64,000 nt of DNA. It comes from an uncultured Planctomycetaceae bacterium. GTDB taxonomy: Bacteria; Planctomycetota; UBA8742; UBA2392; JABWBM01. The position numbers were made by a program, and so were the translations under genes. The notes under the pieces are model-generated. The model made no database searches. It was not told where the DNA came from and saw only the letters and a program-made list of their open reading frames with translations. Positions 47,078-56,646 of this stretch are shown here, in pieces. The stretch spans positions 490-64,489 of the forward strand of contig CAZJPQ010000003.1 in assembly GCA_964548115.1 (NCBI GenBank), in the 5' to 3' direction. How positions within the stretch are numbered: position 1 is the stretch's first letter; each line of letters opens with the position of its first letter.

Positions 47078-48421
47078 ATGAAAAAAAGTTCTCTTGTTAT
47101 TCTTATCCTGACTCTGCTTGGTGTTTTTATTGGCATTTTCGTTGGGTTACTCCTTGGAGGACACTTTTCAGAAGAACCTTCAGCGGCTTTAAACAGCTCA
47201 AACTCCCATTGGCTTAACAATCTCGTTCGTTTTCCTGGTGAGCTTTTTATTCGCTCTCTGAAGCTTCTTGTCCTCCCACTCGTTATAACAAGCATGGTTG
47301 TAGGAGTCGCTTCTCTTGGCAATATTCGAGCAACTGGAAAAATCGGAATTCGGGTTCTGACTTTTTATGTTTCGACAACTTTGATTGCCTCCCTCATTGG
47401 CATTGGCGTAGTCCTGAGTATTCAACCCGGCAAAAAAGGACACGAACTAGCATCTCCTTCACCCACCAATAGCTTCGAAGAAAAAATCAACAATAACTCA
47501 ACAAATCAAAAAACGCTTCCTATTGATGTTGAAGCAGAAGGACAAAAAAAGCCCCTCGACCGGCTGCTTGATGTTATTCGAAAGCTTGTACCAGAAAATC
47601 TCATTACATCAGCACAAAACTTTAACATACTGGGATTGATCGTCTTCTCACTCGCTTTTGGCATCATGCTCTTACTTATAGATCCAGAAAAAGCCAAGCC
47701 AGTCTTGCTTTTCTTTGATGGCATGAACGAAGCCATTATGAAACTGGTCCATCTTCTGATGTTCCTGACACCTTTAGGCGTTGCTTCATTGATTGCAGAT
47801 AAAGTCAGTTCATCACCAAACCTTTTAGCAGAACTCCAGAGGCTTTCATACTATATTGGATCCGTGATCCTGGGACTTGCTATACACCTCTGCGTTATTT
47901 TGCCTGCAATATATTTCTTTTTTACTCGCAAGAATCCTTTTCGCTATTTAACTGGTATGACCCAGGCTTTATTGACAGCGCTTGGAACTTCTTCTTCTGC
48001 TGCGGCTCTGCCTGTGACTATGGAATGTGCTGAACTTCAAGGGATCAGTAAACAATCCACTCGCTTTGTACTTCCTTTAGGAGCAACCATTAATATGGAC
48101 GGGACAGCACTTTACGAAGCTGTTTCTGTTATTTTTATTGCCCAAATGCTTGGGCATAGCTTAAGCTTGGGTGATGTCGTTGTGATTGCACTTGTTTCAA
48201 CCCTGGCAGCAGTTGGTGCGGCTGCAATTCCAAGCGCTGGGTTAGTCACCATGGTCATGGTTTTGACTGCAGTCGGTCTTCCCCCTGAAGCTGGGATCAT
48301 TTATATCTTTGCTGTAGACTGGTTTTTGGATCGGCTGCGAACGAGTGTCAATGTTGCGGGGGATAGTATCGGGGCAGCCCTGATAGATCATTTTGAATCT
48401 AAAAATCTCTCCTCTTCTTAA
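47078..48421 (+). CDS. Dicarboxylate/amino acid:cation symporter (DAACS, GltP/DctA family)
   Basis: About 8 TM helices plus the conserved re-entrant loop region GTSSSAAALP and NMDGTALYEAV. ATG at 47078 preferred over the track's TTG at 47054. Confidence 0.9.
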   Translation: MKKSSLVILILTLLGVFIGIFVGLLLGGHFSEEPSAALNSSNSHWLNNLVRFPGELFIRSLKLLVLPLVITSMVVGVASLGNIRATGKIGIRVLTFYVSTTLIASLIGIGVVLSIQPGKKGHELASPSPTNSFEEKINNNSTNQKTLPIDVEAEGQKKPLDRLLDVIRKLVPENLITSAQNFNILGLIVFSLAFGIMLLLIDPEKAKPVLLFFDGMNEAIMKLVHLLMFLTPLGVASLIADKVSSSPNLLAELQRLSYYIGSVILGLAIHLCVILPAIYFFFTRKNPFRYLTGMTQALLTALGTSSSAAALPVTMECAELQGISKQSTRFVLPLGATINMDGTALYEAVSVIFIAQMLGHSLSLGDVVVIALVSTLAAVGAAAIPSAGLVTMVMVLTAVGLPPEAGIIYIFAVDWFLDRLRTSVNVAGDSIGAALIDHFESKNLSSS

Positions 48422-48435
48422 GAAAGGATGAATTC

Positions 48436-49329
48436 ATGAGTTTACTTGTTGTTGGTTCAGTCGCGTTTGACACCATTGAAACACCCTTTGGAAAAAAAGA
48501 ACGAGTGCTCGGTGGTTCTGCTGTTCACTTCAGTTATTCCGCAAGTTACTTCACTGGCGTTCGTCTGCTTGGAGTTGTTGGGAAAGACTTCCCCAAAGAA
48601 CACATTGAGCTGCTTACTCGAAAAGGCATCGATACTTCAAGCATTGAGTACAGCGATGGAGAAACCTTTAACTGGACGGGGAAGTATCAAGGTGATATGA
48701 GTGTCGCCGAAACCCTGCAGGTTAATCTTAATGTATTTGGAAACTTTCAACCAAAACTCAACGATCAAGATAAAAAAGCAAAATGGCTTTTCCTTGCAAA
48801 TGGGCATCCACAAACCCAGCTTTCTGTGCTTGATCAAGTTGATAACCCTCAATTCGTAGCTGCCGATACTATGGATTTATGGATTCGAGAAACTCGTTCA
48901 GACCTTGAGAAACTCTTTTCCCGCATTGATGGAGTTGTCATGAACGACACCGAAGTCAAAATGTTTTCCGGAGAATCCAGCATTATCCGAGCAGCTCGTT
49001 CCCTGCTTCGTTATGACCTTAAGCTTGTTATTATCAAAAAAGGTGAACACGGCGTCCTTGCACTCAGCCCTGATTTTACAATTGTGGCACCAGCTTACCC
49101 AACTGAAAGCGTGGTTGATCCGACAGGGGCTGGTGACAGCTTTGCTGGTGGAACGCTTGGTTATCTGGCACTCTGTGATGAACTCTCTCCAGGAATACTG
49201 CGTAAAGCGCTTCGGTATGGCACAACGACCGCCAGCTTTCAAGTCGAAGATTTTGGCCTTGAACGCCATCTCAAACTTTCTCGAGCTGATATTGAACGAC
49301 GCTTAATCCATTTCGAACAAATGCTCTAA
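48436..49329 (+). CDS. PfkB-family carbohydrate/nucleoside kinase (ribokinase-like)
   Basis: C-terminal DPTGAGDSFAGG anion-hole motif. N-terminal VGSVAFDTI di-Gly region. AAAGGA RBS. Confidence 0.85.
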   Translation: MSLLVVGSVAFDTIETPFGKKERVLGGSAVHFSYSASYFTGVRLLGVVGKDFPKEHIELLTRKGIDTSSIEYSDGETFNWTGKYQGDMSVAETLQVNLNVFGNFQPKLNDQDKKAKWLFLANGHPQTQLSVLDQVDNPQFVAADTMDLWIRETRSDLEKLFSRIDGVVMNDTEVKMFSGESSIIRAARSLLRYDLKLVIIKKGEHGVLALSPDFTIVAPAYPTESVVDPTGAGDSFAGGTLGYLALCDELSPGILRKALRYGTTTASFQVEDFGLERHLKLSRADIERRLIHFEQML

Positions 49330-49350
49330 TCCTGCTCTGCCAAGCTATAA

Positions 49351-49385
49351 AAAAAACACCTCAGAAATTTTCTGAGGTGTTTTCG
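49351..49385. terminator. Bidirectional rho-independent terminator
   Basis: aaaaaaACACCTCAGaaattttCTGAGGTGTtttcg between convergent pfkB-like (+) and H1-like (-) genes. Confidence 0.8.
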
Positions 49386-49400
49386 CGGGCTATTCAATAC

Positions 49401-49685
49401 TTATCTTTTGCGTGATGACTTTTTAGCTACTTTTTTCTTGGCGACTTTCTTAGCAGGCTTTTTCTTTGCTACTTTTTTCTTGGCCACCTTCTTGGCAGGC
49501 TTTTTCTTCGCTACTTTTTTCTTGGTTGCTTTCTTTGCTACTTTTTTCTTGGCCACTTTTTTCTTGGTTGCTTTCTTTGCAACCTTCTTCTTTGCGACCT
49601 TTTTCTTCGCTACCTTTTTCTTTGCCACCTTCTTGGCGACTTTCTTTTTGGCTACCTTCTTCTTAGCCACCTTTTTCTTTGCCAT
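49401..49685 (-). CDS. Histone H1 / Hc1 / AlgP-like lysine-rich DNA-binding protein (KKVAKKK tandem repeats)
   Basis: ATG at 49685 preceded by a perfect AGGAGG, which trims the hydrophobic MIFFFWYCVGGC leader in the track ORF. Ninety-four residues, almost entirely [AT]KKKVAKKK repeats. Confidence 0.8.
   Translation of the reverse strand: MAKKKVAKKKVAKKKVAKKVAKKKVAKKKVAKKKVAKKATKKKVAKKKVAKKATKKKVAKKKPAKKVAKKKVAKKKPAKKVAKKKVAKKSSRKR
49420..49680. repeat. Intragenic tandem nucleotide repeats (about 21-24-nt units encoding KKVAKKK)
   Basis: Repeated ttcttggccac(c)ttcttggcaggctttttctt-type units throughout the gene. Coding repeats, not CRISPR: no unique spacers. Confidence 0.7.
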
Positions 49686-49887
49686 ACATCCTCCTACACA
49701 GTACCAAAAAAAGAAAATCAAACTTTCGGACTTACCCGACCCTTAAAAAAAGTTATTATTCCTATCATCATCAAACGGTCAAAACCTTTTCTGAAATTCA
49801 CGAGAACTTTCTCTACCTACGTTTTCAAAAATAGTTTTAAAACAAAAGCAAGCCCTTTAAAAATCAAGTACAGGAGCGGATGAACTC

Positions 49888-50559
49888 ATGAAGCCCTTTC
49901 AAAAAAAAAATAGAACAAAAAATACAATCAACTTTTTGATCACTCACTTTTTCATCTTCTCTTTCTCTCTTTTATTTATGAATTGTTCAACACCAGGCAA
50001 TCACTACCCAACACCACAAGCAACTCTTGCTGCAGGGCGCCATGCCATCCAAGAAAAAAAAGCTTTGGCTTTCCTTGATATCCTTAGTGTTGAAACGCGT
50101 CAAAAACATGAGACAACTTTCTTACTCGGTTGGAAAGAGGTTCAAGATCTTTTCTCTTTTCTTGCCGAAGACGTTGAAATTGCAGAGCTTGATCAAGACT
50201 ATACCCTCGCTTCTTTTTCAGACGAAGATATACCTGAAGAATACGTATGGCCAACCCCTCATAAACCAAGCTTCCGTTTACGCCTTAAGATTCCTTATAA
50301 AGGACAAATCTATTGGGAAGATTTTCTTTTTGTTCAAGAAGTTGACCCAGAAGAAAAAAATACCAAGAACTCACAATGGATCCAAGTCGGCTTACATGAA
50401 TATCTTCGCTCACAACACCCAACTCCCTATCGCTACCAAACGCCAGGAAAATCTCTTCAAGAGCGAACAAATTGGCGCATCTTGTACCCCTACTATCCTT
50501 TTCAAAGTAAGAGCAAACTTGCAGCAACCATTGTACAAGAACTCCAGGAAGCTGAATAA
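49888..50559 (+). CDS. Lipoprotein of unknown function
   Basis: CAGGAGCGG RBS. Signal peptide with lipobox LLFMNC. 223 aa. Confidence 0.6.
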   Translation: MKPFQKKNRTKNTINFLITHFFIFSFSLLFMNCSTPGNHYPTPQATLAAGRHAIQEKKALAFLDILSVETRQKHETTFLLGWKEVQDLFSFLAEDVEIAELDQDYTLASFSDEDIPEEYVWPTPHKPSFRLRLKIPYKGQIYWEDFLFVQEVDPEEKNTKNSQWIQVGLHEYLRSQHPTPYRYQTPGKSLQERTNWRILYPYYPFQSKSKLAATIVQELQEAE

Positions 50560-50785
50560 ATGGAGAATTTTCTAAAACACAAAAATCATCAGTAATCAAA
50601 CCACTCATCCCGTACAACAGATCTTCTCCTGTAAAGAAGTAACAAGAATAAAGAATCTCTCTAAAAAAGATTCTCATCTTGCTTAAAAGAGCCTTAAACT
50701 CTTCTGGATATAGAGCCTCTTTTATTTTCGTGAAAGTTATGTTAGCTCAAATCTCTTGCTCTTTCTTTTTTTGAATCAGAGACCT

Positions 50786-51838
50786 ATGAAAAATCCTCTC
50801 CCTTCTTCTCACGACCAAACAAACCTTCGTTACTCTCGTCAGGTTTTGTTTAAGCCAATTGACCACAAAGGCCAAAAGCAGATTGCTCAATCCCATGTTT
50901 TAGTGATTGGATGTGGTGCACTTGGAACGCATTTTTCTGAATTTCTTGTTCGTGCTGGAGTGAGGAAAATAAGTCTGATCGATCGAGACTTCATAGAAGA
51001 AAGCAACTTACAACGCCAAACACTTTTCACTGAATCAGATGCTGCTCAATCTCAACCAAAAGCTCTCACAGCAAAAAAACATCTTCAGGCCATCAATAAA
51101 ACCGTTGAAATATCTGCTCATATGAAAGATTTTTCCGCAGAAAATGCCGAAAGCTTTTTCGAAGAACCAATCGATTTGGTGCTTGATTCAAGCGATAATT
51201 TTGAGACGCGTTTTCTCATCAATGATATTTGTGTTCAAAAATCTGTGCCTTGGATCTACTCTGCCTGTGTTGGATCACAAGCCATAAGTATGCCTGTACT
51301 ACCAAAAAAAAGTGCCTGTCTTCATTGCTTACTCGAAGAGCTTCCACTTGGCATAGAAACATGCGATACCACTGGCATCATCATGCCTGCAGTCTTTGCA
51401 GCTTTGAGCATGAGTTCATCACATGCCCTTAAAATACTTTCTGGCAACGAAGAGACACTACAGCTCTGTCTTCAAAAACAAGACTGCTGGACAATGCAGA
51501 CCCAAAAAATTTCAACTCAAAGTTTTCGTTCCGATTGCAAAGTTTGCGTACACCATAACTTTTCTTATCTTTCCGGGCACGCTCAAGCGAAGACTATTCG
51601 CCTATGTGGAAGAAACGCAATCCAAATCCTACCGCGCCAAAAGCTTACAAAACCCCTGCAGAAAATTATGTCCAACCTGCCTGAAAATGCGAAAATACTA
51701 GCCCAGAATGATTTTCTTTTTCGGATCGAATTTGAAAAGTATCAGCTCACGCTTTTCAAAGATGGAAGAGCTCTTGTTTCAGGAACTCAAGATTTTGCAA
51801 GAGCAAAATCACTTTATGCACGTTTTATCGGATCCTGA
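50786..51838 (+). CDS. ThiF/MoeB-family E1-like adenylyltransferase with CxxC...CxxC zinc motif and a ~90-aa C-terminal extension
   Basis: LRYSRQ start of the fold. Rossmann VLVIGCGALGTHFSEFL. CLHC ... CKVC. ATG at 50786 preferred over the track's TTG at 50756. Confidence 0.8.
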   Translation: MKNPLPSSHDQTNLRYSRQVLFKPIDHKGQKQIAQSHVLVIGCGALGTHFSEFLVRAGVRKISLIDRDFIEESNLQRQTLFTESDAAQSQPKALTAKKHLQAINKTVEISAHMKDFSAENAESFFEEPIDLVLDSSDNFETRFLINDICVQKSVPWIYSACVGSQAISMPVLPKKSACLHCLLEELPLGIETCDTTGIIMPAVFAALSMSSSHALKILSGNEETLQLCLQKQDCWTMQTQKISTQSFRSDCKVCVHHNFSYLSGHAQAKTIRLCGRNAIQILPRQKLTKPLQKIMSNLPENAKILAQNDFLFRIEFEKYQLTLFKDGRALVSGTQDFARAKSLYARFIGS

Positions 51839-51871
51839 TTACAGGAACAAAGTGCTGAAACAAACAAAAAA

Positions 51872-51899
51872 CGAACAAGCTCTTTTCAAAGCTTGTTCG
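51872..51899 (-). terminator. Rho-independent terminator downstream of rplI (minus strand)
   Basis: gAACAAGCTcttttcaaAGCTTGTTc hairpin (9-bp stem). On the minus-strand transcript it is followed by GTTTTTTGTTTG. Confidence 0.65.
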
Positions 51900-52081
51900 A
51901 AAATTTGTTTGCAAAGTATTCAAACCTTAAGAATCAACTCTCTTGTCACACCATAAGGTATGGGGATCCAAAAAGGTTCTGCTTGAATACAAAGCTCAGA
52001 GAAATTTCATCCCCCAGGCCAACAAACAAAAGATTTCTTGAAAAGACTTTTGCTTTGATGGTTCCGCCCGGACAAAGAAAA

Positions 52082-52534
52082 CTACTCGCTCTTTTCTTCA
52101 ACAACCCAGATGCCAAGTTCAGCATCAACTTCTGGATGAAGATGGATACGAAGAGTATAACGCCCAACTTCACGGATAGGACTTTCAAGTCGAACCATTT
52201 GTCGCTCAATTTTGATCTTTTCTTCTTCTAAAGCTTCGACAATAATTCGCTCAGAAACAGATCCAAAAAGCTTGCCATCTTCTGAAGCCTGCATTTTCAA
52301 AGTAAGTTGAAGCTTCTCAATAGCCTGCTTGATTTCCTGCGCTTCTTCAATCTGTTTTGCTTCGCGTACAAGATAAGATTTTCGCTCTGATTCAATAGCC
52401 TGGACATTTCCCTGACTTGCACCTAAAGCAAAACCTTGAGGCAGTAAGTAATTACGAGCATACCCCGCCGCAACCTCAACAACCTCTCCACGACGCCCCA
52501 AATCAGGGACATGTTGTTTCAAAACAACTTTCAT
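52082..52534 (-). CDS. rplI: 50S ribosomal protein L9
   Basis: MKVVLKQHVPDLGRRGEVVEVAAGYARNYLLP. AAGGAG RBS. Confidence 0.95.
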   Translation of the reverse strand: MKVVLKQHVPDLGRRGEVVEVAAGYARNYLLPQGFALGASQGNVQAIESERKSYLVREAKQIEEAQEIKQAIEKLQLTLKMQASEDGKLFGSVSERIIVEALEEEKIKIERQMVRLESPIREVGRYTLRIHLHPEVDAELGIWVVEEKSE

Positions 52535-52634
52535 AAAACCATCTCCTTATTCGCCGCTTAAAAAACTTCAATTCATGCGTAATATGAGAAACTCATTCAT
52601 AATCAAAAGTAAAATCTCCAGCAGGCCAAAAGCA

Positions 52635-52892
52635 TTAATACTTTGGCTTACTCACAAAAGGCAGAAGTGCCATGTGCCGAGCATTCTTAATCGCAACCGT
52701 CACCTTCTTCTGCTGTTGTGCGTTGCAACCTGTTCGTTTTCGGCTCAAGATTTTACCTCGTGCTGAAATGAAGTTTTCAAGGGTTGGAATATCTTTATAA
52801 TCAAGATATTGAGATTGCTCTGGAGTCAAGCTGCACACAACAGGAACAATCTTCCGAGGCCGACGGCGCTTTTTTCTTCTTTGAAATGCCAC
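52635..52892 (-). CDS. rpsR: 30S ribosomal protein S18
   Basis: GTG start with an AAGGAG RBS. Motifs [10 protein letters not shown] ... [25 protein letters not shown]. Confidence 0.95.
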   Translation of the reverse strand: MAFQRRKKRRRPRKIVPVVCSLTPEQSQYLDYKDIPTLENFISARGKILSRKRTGCNAQQQKKVTVAIKNARHMALLPFVSKPKY

Positions 52893-52950
52893 AATTTTCT
52901 CCTTTTATCCTTTTTATGGTAAACTCTACATCATTCACTACAGAACATTT

Positions 52951-53436
52951 TTAATCATCTTCTAAATCTTCAAGGTCTTTCTGGCCATCAATCGTATATT
53001 CTTCATCCGGAATTGGCGCCAGACGACCAGAAACCGTACTATCAGTTACAATAGTCTGGACATCATCACTCGGAATGCGATGCCTGCCACTCAAAGAAGT
53101 TTGCTCCTCTTTGCGAATAAACTGAATAGAATATGCTACAATTCGAATCCGACTGCGTTTTTTTCCCTCAGGAGTCTCCCAAGTATCTTGCTCCAGGCGA
53201 CCTTCAACAAAGACTGGTGAACTTTTTTTAAGATACTGCCCCACACTATCAGCAAGTTTTCGCCAAGAAACAACGTCAACAAAACAGGTTCGATCCTTAC
53301 GTTCTCCTGACGATGTCACATACGTATCAGACACCGCCAAACGAAACTCAGCAACTGATGTTCCTGAAGGGGTATGCCGTAAATCCGGATCCCGAACAAG
53401 ATTGCCAATCAAGAATACCTTGTTGAGCGTAATCAT
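52951..53436 (-). CDS. ssb: Single-stranded DNA-binding protein
   Basis: ATG at 53436 (MITLNKVFLIGNL) with an AGGAAGGA RBS preferred over the track's TTG at 53466. OB fold. Acidic C-terminal tail DLEDLEDD (truncated DDDIPF-type). Confidence 0.92.
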   Translation of the reverse strand: MITLNKVFLIGNLVRDPDLRHTPSGTSVAEFRLAVSDTYVTSSGERKDRTCFVDVVSWRKLADSVGQYLKKSSPVFVEGRLEQDTWETPEGKKRSRIRIVAYSIQFIRKEEQTSLSGRHRIPSDDVQTIVTDSTVSGRLAPIPDEEYTIDGQKDLEDLEDD

Positions 53437-53474
53437 GGTTTTCCTTCCTGAAGCTTCAAGCTTCAATCAACACC

Positions 53475-53891
53475 TTATGAACTCATGTTTGCAGGACGCC
53501 TTTCGGCATCACCCCTTGAGGCTTCCTTTGTTTCTTCTCTTTCATAATGGCGAAAAAATTGCTCCAGTTTTCCACCCGCTTGCTCTAAAACAAGATTCCG
53601 TAAAATAACTTCTTCAAGTTCAAAACTGCGCGACAAATCCTTTACTTTACCTGGAGTAAGACGAAACGCGGCTAATATATAAACGCCTCTCTGGAAATTT
53701 TTGATTTCATAAGCAAGCTCTTGATCTGCATATTTTTCAATTCGAATCATTTCTCCATCATGCTTTTCAATCAGAGAAGTGACAAACCCTAAGGCTGTCT
53801 CCTCTTCACGCCCGAAATCAGGGTTCAAAAGTACAAGTGCTTCATAAATTTTCACGTTTTCTCCTTTTTCAAGTTCTTCCTGGGACTTCAT
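53475..53891 (-). CDS. rpsF: 30S ribosomal protein S6
   Basis: YEALVLLNPDF ... GVYILAAFRL core. Acidic/basic C-terminal tail. Confidence 0.93.
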   Translation of the reverse strand: MKSQEELEKGENVKIYEALVLLNPDFGREEETALGFVTSLIEKHDGEMIRIEKYADQELAYEIKNFQRGVYILAAFRLTPGKVKDLSRSFELEEVILRNLVLEQAGGKLEQFFRHYEREETKEASRGDAERRPANMSS

Positions 53892-53931
53892 ATTTGCAAA
53901 GTTATTAAAGTTCTCAGATCTTCTTATGCTT

Positions 53932-54591
53932 TCACTCCACTTGATCTCCTGCCTGAGAATCTGTGCTCTCTTGCTCTTCGAGCTGCTTGAGAAACAAAGG
54001 CTGAGTACCTCGACTATTATAATGATTCATCGTTTGAGAATATCCTTCTTCACTTCCCTTTTTTTGAAAAAGCCAACTATCAATGGCTTGAACTCCAACT
54101 CCAAGGGTCTCTTTCAAAAGTTCTTCTTCTTCTTCTCTAAAACGACTTAAAACAAAATCCTTAAGCTCTGTTTCTCGGGTATAGGGCCCAACTCCAAGAC
54201 GCAATCGCTTAAAACCTTCAGAACCTCCTTCAGCGATCAGAGAAGATACCCCATTATGCCCTCCAGCACTTCCTCCAAACGAAAACTTGAACCTTCCAAG
54301 TGGCAATTGTACTTCGTCAAAAACAACAAGAGACCTCTCCGTCTTGAGATCCAAAGCCTGAGAAAGAAAGCGCAACGATCGACCACTCCTGTTCATATAC
54401 GTTTGAGGCTTCAAAACCCAACAATCCAATCCTGCAAGGTCGATCCGGAAAACTTCGGCTTCCAATGCGGGTTCTTGGCGGAACACTTTTCCCCAACGAG
54501 CGGCAAGAGCATCTAAAAGCATAAAACCAACGTTATGCCTTGTTCTCTCATAAGCCTTTCCAGGATTGCCAAGACCAATTAAAGTAATCAC
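53932..54591 (-). CDS. pth: Peptidyl-tRNA hydrolase
   Basis: GTG start. LIGLGNPG ... TRHNVGF ... catalytic His and Asp regions. Confidence 0.93.
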   Translation of the reverse strand: MITLIGLGNPGKAYERTRHNVGFMLLDALAARWGKVFRQEPALEAEVFRIDLAGLDCWVLKPQTYMNRSGRSLRFLSQALDLKTERSLVVFDEVQLPLGRFKFSFGGSAGGHNGVSSLIAEGGSEGFKRLRLGVGPYTRETELKDFVLSRFREEEEELLKETLGVGVQAIDSWLFQKKGSEEGYSQTMNHYNSRGTQPLFLKQLEEQESTDSQAGDQVE

Positions 54592-54593
54592 CC

Positions 54594-55205
54594 TTATGCC
54601 TTCACTTCTTTACGAGCTGTTTCCTTTTCCTTTCGGAGAGCAGCTTTTGCTTTCTTACTCATAGCAAGAGAACAAACAATTGTTGTTGCTTTACTCAAAA
54701 GCTCTGCCCCCTCTGGAAGTTTAATATCACCAAAGCTCAGGTTCTCATTAAGCCCTAATGGGCTGATATCAATTTCTATTTTTTCAGGAATTGAATCTGC
54801 TCGCAATCGTAAGGAAACACTTGTGTGAACAGCTTCAAAGCGTCCTCCCTGATCAGCACCCTTTGGCTTTCCAAAAAAATCAAAAGGAATTTCAACGTCA
54901 ACAAGCTGGTCTGGATCAACCCTCAAGAAGTCAACGTGCAGAGGAGCTTGACTGATGGCTTCAAACTGAACATCCTTAACCAAGGCATGCTCTCCCTGAA
55001 TTTCTCCTCCAAGCTTGACAAGCTTTCCACCACTTTGAAGCAGTTCCCTGAGAGCCTTTGTCTCAACAGCAACATGGGCATTTTCGGCTTTCTTTCCATA
55101 AAGATTTGCTGGAATAAACCCCTCCTCCCGGAGAAGCCCAACTCGGTGCCGGCCCTTGCCTTTACGCTCCTTAACCGCTAACTCTGGTATACTTTTTTCT
55201 GTCAC
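54594..55205 (-). CDS. rplY: 50S ribosomal protein L25 / general stress protein Ctc
   Basis: GTG at 55205 preceded by GGAGGAAGAAGA is preferred over the track's TTG at 55223. RKGKGRHRVGLLREEGFIPANLYG aligns with L25 N-termini. Confidence 0.9.
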   Translation of the reverse strand: MTEKSIPELAVKERKGKGRHRVGLLREEGFIPANLYGKKAENAHVAVETKALRELLQSGGKLVKLGGEIQGEHALVKDVQFEAISQAPLHVDFLRVDPDQLVDVEIPFDFFGKPKGADQGGRFEAVHTSVSLRLRADSIPEKIEIDISPLGLNENLSFGDIKLPEGAELLSKATTIVCSLAMSKKAKAALRKEKETARKEVKA

Positions 55206-55457
55206 TCTTCTTCCTCCGAACAAATTATTACTGATTATCGATTTGATTCTATTTTTAAATTTAAAAACTCTCTTTTTATATGATTGATACTTCTTCTATG
55301 CTTCAGGTTTCGATTCCCCTGCCCTTCATTATTTATAGAGCGATGGGGAAGGTTATGAAGCTCAGCTTCAACACACTCCCATTCATGCTTATTTATGCTC
55401 TTGTTCTCCTTTTATCTTTTCTCATAAAGCAAAAAGCAAAATCACGAAAGCGAAGAA

Positions 55458-56405
55458 TTATTCCATGCCTCGAAAAAGTCTGCTTACCGATTCACTGTAA
55501 TGGATACGACGCACGGCCTCTGCCAGGAGGTTCGAAACTGAAAGAATTTTAAGCCCTGGAAAAGATTTGTGCTCCATAGGAATCGTATCACAAACAACAC
55601 ATTCAGCAATTGCTGGATCCGTAAGTCGATCTACAGCCGGGCCACAGAAGATCGGATGAGTACAAGCAACATAAACCGCTTGAGCTCCAAACTCCTTACA
55701 AGCCTTTGCTGCATCAAGAATTGAACCACCTGTAGCAATCATATCATCAATGATAAGGACATTTTGCCCTGTGACCGATCCAATCATATCAAGGATTTCT
55801 GTTGAATCTGGGCCTGTGCGTCGCTTATCCACAATAGCAAGGTTTGCTTTCAATCGCTTTGCATAACCACGGGCGACTTTTGAGCGGCCAACATCTGGCG
55901 CAACAACCGTCAAATTACTAAGATTTTTAGAACGAAAATAAGGCGTAATCACTGGAGCAGCATAAAGGTGATCAACCGGGATATCAAAGAACCCTTGAAT
56001 CTGAGCAGCATGTAAATCTATCGTCAGGACACGGTGAGCTCCTGCACTTTCAATCATATTTGCAACCAGACGTGCCGAAATAGGAACTCGCCCTTCATCC
56101 TTGCGATCTTTACGTGCATACCCAAAATAAGGAATAACCGCTGTAATACGTTCAGCACTGGCACGACGAGCAGCATCAATAAAAAGCAAAAGCTCGATCA
56201 AGGAGTCATTGACAGGAGGACATGTTGACTGCACAAAGAAAACATCAGCCCCCCGAATGTCGTCTTCTATCTTAATATCAATTTCGCCATCAGGAAAACG
56301 CTCAACTCGGCAAGCACCAAGACTGACTCCCAGCTTTTCAGCTAAGTCTTTTGCTAACTTAAGCGTGGAATTTCCTGCAAAAATTTTTAAATGCCGGCGC
56401 TCCAT
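55458..56405 (-). CDS. prs: Ribose-phosphate pyrophosphokinase
   Basis: MERRHLKIFAGNS. PRPP-binding loop VLIIDDMIATGGS. Flexible-loop RKDRKD. Confidence 0.95.
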   Translation of the reverse strand: MERRHLKIFAGNSTLKLAKDLAEKLGVSLGACRVERFPDGEIDIKIEDDIRGADVFFVQSTCPPVNDSLIELLLFIDAARRASAERITAVIPYFGYARKDRKDEGRVPISARLVANMIESAGAHRVLTIDLHAAQIQGFFDIPVDHLYAAPVITPYFRSKNLSNLTVVAPDVGRSKVARGYAKRLKANLAIVDKRRTGPDSTEILDMIGSVTGQNVLIIDDMIATGGSILDAAKACKEFGAQAVYVACTHPIFCGPAVDRLTDPAIAECVVCDTIPMEHKSFPGLKILSVSNLLAEAVRRIHYSESVSRLFRGME

Positions 56406-56646
56406 TGTCTCCTTTTCTTTCCTTGAGAACGGCTCATACCGTTCCAGCTTAATCTCTTAACCGTTTTTTCTTCTTACTCCACAGCTCTTGCTTTTTAGAG
56501 GTAGTCGCTTCCAAAACTGTGAGCACAAAATAAAAACCCCATGCTTCTCTTGTTCTCAAGCTTCATCCAATCCCAAAAACTTGCCCACTACACCCTATCA
56601 ACCTTCTAAACCCGGTATTCCTCTACAAATGCATCACGCCTTTTCT

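Noticed and set aside
49420-49680. Possible CRISPR array suggested by regularly spaced direct repeats
   Set aside because: Repeats are contiguous, imperfect and in-frame coding units with no unique spacers, and no cas genes are present. These are protein-coding tandem repeats.
49408-49746. 112-aa plus-strand ORF (FFLATFF repeats) and the 66-aa ORF 49466..49666 antisense to the H1-like gene
   Set aside because: Mirror-image artefacts of the lysine-codon tandem repeats. The minus-strand gene has a perfect RBS and sensible product; the antisense ORFs are poly-Phe/Leu nonsense.
51708-52231. ORFs 51708..51956 and 51893..52231 (82 and 112 aa) spanning the thiF-like / rplI intergenic region
   Set aside because: They overlap the ends of both flanking conserved genes and the rplI terminator hairpin. 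No RBS or motif support.
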